A stretch of DNA of 50,161 nucleotides, taken from assembly GCA_964467045.1 (NCBI GenBank), contig CAYXOH010000001.1:4850-55010 (forward strand), written 5' to 3'. Numbering within the stretch: position 1 is the stretch's first letter; every line of letters begins with the position of its first letter. The notes under the pieces are model-generated. The model saw only the letters and a list, made by a program, of their open reading frames with translations. It was not told where the DNA came from and ran no database searches. The position numbers and the translations under genes were made by a program. Of the stretch, positions 40,833-47,181 are shown piece after piece. The stretch comes from an uncultured Candidatus Saccharibacteria bacterium (GTDB lineage: Bacteria > Patescibacteriota > Minisyncoccia > Minisyncoccales > RBG-13-42-11).

Positions 40833-41868
40833 AAGAAAGAAAACAAAAGTAGTAAAAATAGGCAAAGTAAAAATTGGGGGAAATTACCCTATTATTGTTC
40901 AGTCAATGACCAACACTGATACTTTTAATATTGGAAAAACCGTCAAACAGATTAAAGAATTAGAGAAAGCGGGGTGTGAAATAGTAAGAGTGGGAGTGCC
41001 TGATTTAAAATCTGCCAGAGCGCTTTCAAAAATCAAAAAACAGATAAATATTCCTCTGGTAGCCGATATTCATTTTTCAGCAGAGCTGGCTTTGGAAGCC
41101 ATAAATCAAGGAGTGGATAAATTAAGAATCAATCCTGGTAATTTTCCCAAAGAAAAATTAAAAGAGATAGTAGAAGCGACAAAAAGAAAAAAAATTCCAA
41201 TCAGAATTGGCATTAATTCAGGTTCCCTTGAAAAAGATTTATTGGGAAAACACAAGAGAGTAACTTCGGAAATGATGGTCAAGTCTGCTCTGAGAAATGT
41301 TAAATTATTGGAAAAACTTGGCTTTAGAAATTTGGTTATTTCCTTGAAAGCACCCGATGTTTTAAGAACAGTAAAAGCATATAAATTACTTTCCCGAAAA
41401 ACAAATTATCCTCTTCATCTCGGCGTAACCGAGGCTGGCAGTGAGTTTTCTGGCACAATAAAATCATCCATTGCTTTAGGTTCTCTGTTAATGGATGGTC
41501 TCGGTAATACAATCAGAGTTTCCTTGAGTGCAGATCCGGTTGAAGAAGTAAGAGCAGGCTGGGAAATATTAAAGAGTTTGGGTTTAAGAGAGCGAGGCAT
41601 TAAAATTATTAGTTGTCCTACCTGCGCCAGATCTCAAATAGATGTAATAAAGCTTACCAAAGATATTGAAAAAGAAACCAGCCAGATTAAAAAACCACTA
41701 ACCATGGCTGTTATGGGCTGCGTGGTTAATGGTTTAGGAGAAGGAAGAGAAGCTGATTTGGGAATTGTCGGCCTAGCCAGCAAAATGGCGCTGATTATGC
41801 GTAACGGCAAAATTCAAAAAAGGGTAAAGGAAAAAGAAATACTAAAAGAATTTAAGAAGCTACTTTAA
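40825..41868 (+). CDS. ispG: 4-hydroxy-3-methylbut-2-en-1-yl diphosphate synthase
   Basis: 347 aa. ..IGGNYPIIVQSMTNT.., RVSLSADPVEEV and ISCPTCAR..MGCVVNG. Confidence 0.92.
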   Translation: MAKRKKTKVVKIGKVKIGGNYPIIVQSMTNTDTFNIGKTVKQIKELEKAGCEIVRVGVPDLKSARALSKIKKQINIPLVADIHFSAELALEAINQGVDKLRINPGNFPKEKLKEIVEATKRKKIPIRIGINSGSLEKDLLGKHKRVTSEMMVKSALRNVKLLEKLGFRNLVISLKAPDVLRTVKAYKLLSRKTNYPLHLGVTEAGSEFSGTIKSSIALGSLLMDGLGNTIRVSLSADPVEEVRAGWEILKSLGLRERGIKIISCPTCARSQIDVIKLTKDIEKETSQIKKPLTMAVMGCVVNGLGEGREADLGIVGLASKMALIMRNGKIQKRVKEKEILKEFKKLL

Positions 41869-42868
41869 AATAAGCCTCTATAAGCTTTACAATAAACAGA
41901 ATATAAAGCAGCAGATACATAGCTCCTTCCCAAATATGGATTCTTCTTGAAATTCCGGAAATTACAAAAAGAAGAGTACTAATAACTAAAAATGGCAACC
42001 CAATTGTAAAAGTAAGTTCATCAACCGCCAGAGGTTTAATTAAAGCTGGAATACCGACCACTATTAAAATATTAAAAACATTGGAGCCAAAGATATTTCC
42101 TAAAGCAATTTCATATTTTTTCTTCAGGGCCGCTCTAACTGAAACTACTAATTCCGGCAGTGAAGTGCCCACGGCGACAGCAGTTATAACAATCAGAGAA
42201 GGAGTGACAATTTTAAAAATTTCAGATAATTTAATTACCGATTCAATTGTATAATTAGCTCCTATTGCTAACCCCACGGCTCCCAATATTAAAAAGAGAA
42301 AAACTTTGGGAGTAAGTTTAGGGGTTTTTATTTTTATTTCTTCCTTAACTATCTTTTCTTTTCTCCTTTCTATTCTTGAGGGTAAAACCTCAATTAGTTC
42401 TGAAGTTTCTTCCCCTGCTTTTCTCTGCTGAAAAATAGTGTACAAAAAATAAATAATAAAGGCCAAGATAAGTAAGATTCCCTCGCTAAAAAAAATCTCC
42501 CGGTCCCACATAATAAAAACGAAAAGGGCTGTAACGGCAGCTAAAAGGGGGGCATCTAAATCAATTAAGCTTCTCTTGACGATAAGAGTTTTAGCCACTA
42601 TTGCTGAGAGTCCAACAATTAAAAGAATATTGGCGATATTAGAACCCAAAGCATTGGCAACAACAATTTCTGTTGTCCCCTTAAGGACGGCAGCAATTGA
42701 AGTGGCTAACTCAGGAAAAGAAGTTCCTAGGGCAACAATAGTAACACCTATAATAAAAGGTGAAATTTTAAAAGCTAGTCCAATTTTCTCTGAATTTTCA
42801 ACAAACCAGTCTGCTGATTTCACCAAGAGAGCCAAACTGGCAATAAAAATCAAAATCCACAAAATCAT
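41852..42868 (-). CDS. Calcium/sodium antiporter (CaCA, YrbG-like)
   Basis: 338 aa with two alpha-repeats, GTSFPELATS and GTSLPELVVS. Confidence 0.85.
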   Translation of the reverse strand: MILWILIFIASLALLVKSADWFVENSEKIGLAFKISPFIIGVTIVALGTSFPELATSIAAVLKGTTEIVVANALGSNIANILLIVGLSAIVAKTLIVKRSLIDLDAPLLAAVTALFVFIMWDREIFFSEGILLILAFIIYFLYTIFQQRKAGEETSELIEVLPSRIERRKEKIVKEEIKIKTPKLTPKVFLFLILGAVGLAIGANYTIESVIKLSEIFKIVTPSLIVITAVAVGTSLPELVVSVRAALKKKYEIALGNIFGSNVFNILIVVGIPALIKPLAVDELTFTIGLPFLVISTLLFVISGISRRIHIWEGAMYLLLYILFIVKLIEAYFKVAS

Positions 42869-42879
42869 CTTATTTTAGT

Positions 42880-43245
42880 TTAACAAGTTAAATGAAAAAG
42901 GCCAACAACCTTATTCTCCTCGCCCTCTTCTTCTTCCGAATCTTCATTAATAATATTGAAGGTTTTAGTTGCTTCTTCTGTCCTGTCAATAATTAATTTT
43001 ATCCCTCGTTCTTTAATAAATCTTTCAGCTTGTTCTGTTACTTTGGCCAATCCTGAAACACCGGTTCCTAAAATAATGGTATCCGGATTTTGCTCTGTTG
43101 CTCTTTTAATGTCATCAACATCAAAAACATGGCTTTCTTCCCGCCACCATTCTAAAACTTCACCAGTCCAACGAACCTCAACGTCATACTTATAGGTTTT
43201 TCCATCAATAGTAATTGAGCCAAATTTATATTCTTCTATCATCAA
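42880..43245 (-). CDS. Mth938-like (DUF498) domain protein
   Basis: 121 aa. ..IILGTG.....V......F..RGI.. and the C-terminal ..LFHLTC fit the family. An acidic stretch EDSEEEEGEEN precedes the C-terminus. Confidence 0.65.
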   Translation of the reverse strand: MMIEEYKFGSITIDGKTYKYDVEVRWTGEVLEWWREESHVFDVDDIKRATEQNPDTIILGTGVSGLAKVTEQAERFIKERGIKLIIDRTEEATKTFNIINEDSEEEEGEENKVVGLFHLTC

Positions 43246-44552
43246 AATAAAGTTTCTTGTCTTATTAGTTCTTTTTGCTCTTCTTTCGAAAAAATTCTTA
43301 TCTTGCCATAGACCCCGTCGTATCCTGCTTCTTTGACGACTTTCCCCTCCCTTACTCTCATTATCCCCTCGGCAATTTCAGGTAAAGTTATTTTTTCTAA
43401 ATTTTCCTTGGTAGTATCTAAAAGAATATTAAACTCTGAGTTAAAATTTTCAATTAAATTTTTATATTCTTTCTCTACTTGTTTTGTGCCAGTATTATGT
43501 CCTAAAGCATCGGCAATAATTTCTTCTAAGGGAACCAAATTTTTAAAAGGTATTCTTTTCTCCGGAAGGTAGCCCTCTTCTCTGTCGGCTAACTGCTCTA
43601 CCCTGTTTAAAACACCAACAGTTAGGGGTTTGCCGCAAACCGGACAAATTCCGTTATATTTTTTTGTTTCTTGCGGCGATAACTTGATTTCACAGCTTCG
43701 ATGACCGTCATAATGGTATTTTCCTTCCTCGGGATAAAATTCAATTGTATATAAAAATTTCTGAGGATCTTTATCTTTTATTGCCTGAGTAATAGCAGCA
43801 TAACTTATTTCTGTGTTAAAAACATTGGCTTCTCTGCCTATTTTTGACGGCGAATGGCTATCACTGTTTGAGATTAAAGTAACCTTATCCAATGCTGATA
43901 ACCGCCAATTCATAGCTGGATCAGAAGAAAGGCCCGTCTCGATAGAATATATGTATTTTGAGTAGTCCTCAAAACACTCTTCTATAGAATCAAAGCCAGA
44001 TTTTGACCCAAAGATAGCAAACCAAGGAGTCCAAGCATGAGCGGGAATAATTAAACAATCCTGGGAAATACTTAAAACAATTTTAGTTAATTCTTTAGCG
44101 TCTAATCCTAAAATTGGCCGGCCATCAGATTTTAGATTGCCAACCCAGCCTAATTGAACATTAATTTTCTCTACTACTTCAAAGGAGGGTGCAAAAACTA
44201 TTATATGAATTTTCCTAACCTTGCCTTTGGACAAAGAGGATAAATCCTCTTTTTTACCCTTTGCTATCGCTTGGGTTTTAGAATAAACACAGCTAATTTC
44301 AGTGGTTAGAAGAAAACGTATCTCTGAATTTGAACTTTTTAACCTAAATAAACCCGGTTCGGCTGGTTCTAATTTTTGTTTTAAATTATTAAACCATTCG
44401 GGATGCGTAAAATCACCTGTTCCTAAAACTTTAATCCCCTTTATTCTCGCCCACTTATCAAGATTCTCTAAATCCATTTGAGGAGAAGTCGCCCGAGAAT
44501 ATTTTGAATGTAAATGAAAATCTGCTATAAATTGCATGGTCTCAGAAAGCAA
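43242..44552 (-). CDS. Endonuclease Q (PHP-domain, TIGR00375 family)
   Basis: 436 aa. FIADFHLHSKYSRATS.., GTGDFTHPEW and a C-x2-C Zn segment (CPVCGKPLTVGV). Confidence 0.8.
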   Translation of the reverse strand: MLSETMQFIADFHLHSKYSRATSPQMDLENLDKWARIKGIKVLGTGDFTHPEWFNNLKQKLEPAEPGLFRLKSSNSEIRFLLTTEISCVYSKTQAIAKGKKEDLSSLSKGKVRKIHIIVFAPSFEVVEKINVQLGWVGNLKSDGRPILGLDAKELTKIVLSISQDCLIIPAHAWTPWFAIFGSKSGFDSIEECFEDYSKYIYSIETGLSSDPAMNWRLSALDKVTLISNSDSHSPSKIGREANVFNTEISYAAITQAIKDKDPQKFLYTIEFYPEEGKYHYDGHRSCEIKLSPQETKKYNGICPVCGKPLTVGVLNRVEQLADREEGYLPEKRIPFKNLVPLEEIIADALGHNTGTKQVEKEYKNLIENFNSEFNILLDTTKENLEKITLPEIAEGIMRVREGKVVKEAGYDGVYGKIRIFSKEEQKELIRQETLF

Positions 44553-45690
44553 AAACTTGAGAAATGGCCCCCAAGATAAAAATTGCCATTAAAAAGTATA
44601 ATAAAACAGAGGGAATTTTAAAATTATACTCTGGTACTCTATCTCCCAACTTTTTTGCTTGTTTAAAAACTAGAATGATGATAATTCCCTCAATCACCCC
44701 AACAATTGTCCCAATAAAACTAATTGTTCCAATAAAGCTGCGAAAGCCAACTAAAAATAAGATTAAAGGCAGGCCGCAGGTAAAAAGAACAGCTGAAAGC
44801 TTTGAAAAACCGTAATCATAAATTAGGGTATTCCTTAAATAAAGGCCAATTATCAAAAATGAATCAGCTAAGGTTATAACAGCTGCCAGTGCGCCAAAGA
44901 GGATAATTTTATGGCCTAAAAAAGGGATTAATCCCTGGAGAGTTTCAGGGGAGGTTCCCTCCCCGCTTACTCCTACCATAACCAAAGCAAAAAGTACGTA
45001 AAGAATAGCAATGATAAAAAATGTAGCGATTATAATCTTCTTAAGCTTCTTCCTTTCTTCGGAAGTTCTTAAGACTTCTATTATTTCTGGCACGGCCGAA
45101 AAACCTATTAAGGAGAACATAATTACTCCATAGGGCAGAAAGATATTGGGGGGGTTTACTAAAGTATAATTATCAAGATTAATCTTGGGAAAAGCAAAGC
45201 AAAAAACTATAAATATAATTATAAAGAAAAGGAAATTGGTTACAATCTCAGTCGGAGCAATTAATTTTGTTCCTTTGAAGATAAAATAAGATAAAGATGC
45301 TAAAAAAAATAAACTTAGATAAAAAGAGGGCAGGTCTAAAATGGGAGAAAAAACAATCTTTAAGAAATCTCCGCCAATAATAATATAGGCTAGCAGTGCT
45401 CCCGTTAAACCAACTATAACTGAGATAGTGATAAAAACCCTACCCTGCTTTCCTAAGTATTTTTGAGCAAAACCAGGCAGACGATGTTTTTCTTTGGTTC
45501 TTAAAACTATTTCTCCAAAAAATAAATGAACGCAAAGTGCTGTTCCTCCTAAAATTAAAAGATAAAAAAAGCTAGGTATTAACCCGCTTTTAGCTACTAC
45601 ATAAGGAATTCCGAAAATTCCTGCCCCGACAATAGTCCCAATTAAAATAGATAAAGCAAAGAAAAGGTTTTTCTTGTGCCCAAACATCAC
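44542..45690 (-). CDS. Amino-acid permease (aromatic/Trp-Tyr permease-like, ~11 TM)
   Basis: 382 aa, polytopic, with an N-terminal GTIVGAGIFGIP motif. Confidence 0.72.
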   Translation of the reverse strand: MMFGHKKNLFFALSILIGTIVGAGIFGIPYVVAKSGLIPSFFYLLILGGTALCVHLFFGEIVLRTKEKHRLPGFAQKYLGKQGRVFITISVIVGLTGALLAYIIIGGDFLKIVFSPILDLPSFYLSLFFLASLSYFIFKGTKLIAPTEIVTNFLFFIIIFIVFCFAFPKINLDNYTLVNPPNIFLPYGVIMFSLIGFSAVPEIIEVLRTSEERKKLKKIIIATFFIIAILYVLFALVMVGVSGEGTSPETLQGLIPFLGHKIILFGALAAVITLADSFLIIGLYLRNTLIYDYGFSKLSAVLFTCGLPLILFLVGFRSFIGTISFIGTIVGVIEGIIIILVFKQAKKLGDRVPEYNFKIPSVLLYFLMAIFILGAISQVFAF

Positions 45691-45728
45691 CTTGAAGATC
45701 CAGAGAACAATTAATTAAAACTTTAAAC

Positions 45729-45998
45729 TTACTCTACTTTATAAACCTTGTAGCCATCCCTTACTTTCTGAGCAGTTTTTAAACCCACAGAATTTCCCTT
45801 CTTGGCTTCTTCTATTTTTTTGTGTTCTATTTCCATTGAATCAATCGTTTGAGTAAAATCAGTTTCTCCACCAATAATCCTAATAGTCTCCCCCACTTTA
45901 AGCTTTCCAGAAAGCTCAATGACAGCTACGCCAATGTTGCCGAAATAATGGGTGATTTTTCCTATTAATTTTCCTTCTTCAAGCTTTTCTTCTGGCAT
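45729..45998 (-). CDS. Small EF-Tu-domain-2-like beta-barrel protein (translation elongation factor-like protein)
   Basis: 89 aa. ..IGKITHYFGNIGVAVIELSGKLKVGETIRI.G.. resembles stand-alone EF-Tu domain II proteins. Confidence 0.65.
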   Translation of the reverse strand: MPEEKLEEGKLIGKITHYFGNIGVAVIELSGKLKVGETIRIIGGETDFTQTIDSMEIEHKKIEEAKKGNSVGLKTAQKVRDGYKVYKVE

Positions 45999-46085
45999 AA
46001 ATTTAACGTTTTAGTTTGTCAAAAGCGACCTTTAAATAGTTTAATTCTATAAATATATTGTAGCACAATCTCCTCAAATGAAAAG

Positions 46086-46110
46086 CAGGAAGAAAATCTT
46101 CCTGTTTTTT
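46086..46110. terminator. Bidirectional-looking hairpin terminator downstream of the tRNA locus
   Basis: AAAAG-CAGGAAG-aaaat-CTTCCTG-TTTTTT. On the minus strand it follows the tRNA genes by about 200 nt. Confidence 0.5.
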
Positions 46111-46308
46111 CATAAGGGGGAATAATCCCCGATAAAATTGACTTTTCACTAAGTCTGGCTGGACATTGACCAGGCAGCTGCTGCAGCCTCCTTTATCAAA
46201 GATTATTTGTCCTTAGAGTATAAAACTCGCACCCCCTCGTTTCTAAGTTTAAATTATAATCAGGAGCTGTGTCAACTGCGTTTTATCCCCATTTTATTCA
46301 CAATAATG

Positions 46309-46466
46309 TGTCCCTGGGCTGATTCGAACAGCCAATCTTCCCGCCCCTTTTTGATGTCCCTACTCCGAATCGAACGGAGATCCCAACCTCCGGAGGGTTG
46401 TACTTTATCCGTTAAGCTATAGGGACTTAAAAAGGCGGGACGTTTTATCCATTAAACCACAGGGAC
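46309..46466 (-). tRNA. Arg-type tRNA-like gene whose anticodon loop is replaced by an extended helix enclosing a complete tRNA gene
   Basis: The 5' part (46466-46427) is GTCCCTG TG GTTT AATGGATA AAAC G TCCCG CCTTTTTAA. The 3' part (46354-46309) is TCAAAAAGGGG CGGGA AGATT GGCTG TTCGAAT CAGCC CAGGGAC A. The acceptor, D, anticodon and T stems all pair; no canonical anticodon loop can be formed. Confidence 0.55.
46355..46426 (-). tRNA. tRNA-Arg (anticodon CCG)
   Basis: GTCCCTA TA GCTT AACGGATA AAGT A CAACC CTCCGGA GGTTG GGAT CTCCG TTCGATT CGGAG TAGGGAC A. This is a full cloverleaf with U33, G37 and discriminator A. CCA is not encoded. Confidence 0.92.
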
Positions 46467-46467
46467 G

Positions 46468-47181
46468 TTATTTCTCAGCCACCAGATAAATATTACTTTC
46501 CTTTGTTTTGGTTTTTTTTAGGATTCCAATTTTTTTAATTTTAAGGCCTGCTTTTTGGATTATTTTTCTCAATCCACTAGCCGTAAAACAATGAATATAT
46601 CTTAGAGTAATATCCTGCCATAAAACAAAAAAATCACCAAAATCTAATTTTGCTTTTCCAAAAATCTTCAGGAGTTGATATTTAAAGAAGGCTTTAACTC
46701 TCTTGTATTCACCTATTAAAATCATTCGAAAAGGATTCAGGTTCCAAACGGTTAAAATAAGAACGCCTCCGGGTTTTAAAATCCTCCTTGTTTCTTTTAA
46801 TAATTGGAGCTGAAGTTCTTCGGAAGGAAGATGATGGATAACAGCAAAGCTAAAAACTTTATCAAAGGAATTTTCAGGAAAAGGTAAGCTTAAAGCATCA
46901 GCAATCCTAAGGTCAACTTTGGGATATTTTTTTCTGGCGATCTCAATCATCTTTTCAGAATTATCCACTCCCACATATTCAATCTTTTTCTGAAAAACTT
47001 CAGAAAATCTTCCATTACCGCAACCCAAATCTAAAACTTTGTCACCTGGGGTGATATACTGTAAAAGTAGACTCTTTTGTTCCTCTGGAATATATTCTCT
47101 AGTCTTTGAAAAATCTTCAGCAATCTGGTTATAATCTTTCCGAGTTTTTTCTAATAAATATTTTGCGTATTCTTTATCCAT
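46468..47181 (-). CDS. Class I SAM-dependent methyltransferase, Trm9/ALKBH8-MT-like
   Basis: Start set at MDKEYAKYLLEKT (ATG 47181). IAEDFSKTR, VLDLGCGNGRF and FSFAVIHHLPSEE...LLKETRRILKPGG.LILTVWN match my memory of the Trm9 signature blocks (AVIHH, L.PGG, VW). Confidence 0.75.
   Translation of the reverse strand: MDKEYAKYLLEKTRKDYNQIAEDFSKTREYIPEEQKSLLLQYITPGDKVLDLGCGNGRFSEVFQKKIEYVGVDNSEKMIEIARKKYPKVDLRIADALSLPFPENSFDKVFSFAVIHHLPSEELQLQLLKETRRILKPGGVLILTVWNLNPFRMILIGEYKRVKAFFKYQLLKIFGKAKLDFGDFFVLWQDITLRYIHCFTASGLRKIIQKAGLKIKKIGILKKTKTKESNIYLVAEK

Noticed and set aside
42906-42950. The acidic tail EDSEEEEGEEN in the Mth938-like protein as another element-derived insert.
   Set aside because: The nucleotide sequence shares only short CTCGCC/TCTTCAT strings with the family and has no hairpins. 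A simple acidic low-complexity expansion is the more economical explanation.
46030-46110. A plus-strand mini-transcript: TTGTCA-18 nt-TTTAAT promoter-like boxes, a 15-codon ORF MKSRKKIFLFFHKGE, and a hairpin plus T6 terminator.
   Set aside because: The promoter boxes are weak and common by chance in AT-rich DNA. The ORF has no SD and is largely the terminator hairpin itself. The hairpin is adequately explained as the terminator of the minus-strand tRNA transcript.
46207-46422. 71-aa plus-strand ORF in the track.
   Set aside because: It is the antisense of the two tRNA sequences and the upstream non-coding stretch, it has no start context, and its amino-acid content is dictated by the tRNA complement.
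46346-46435. An archaeal-type bulge-helix-bulge intron, or a group I intron, as an explanation for the interrupted outer tRNA.
   Set aside because: The flanks form a continuous helix with a 2-nt bulge and a small internal loop, not two 3-nt bulges separated by 4 bp. The 72-nt insert is itself a perfect cloverleaf and is far too small for a group I intron.
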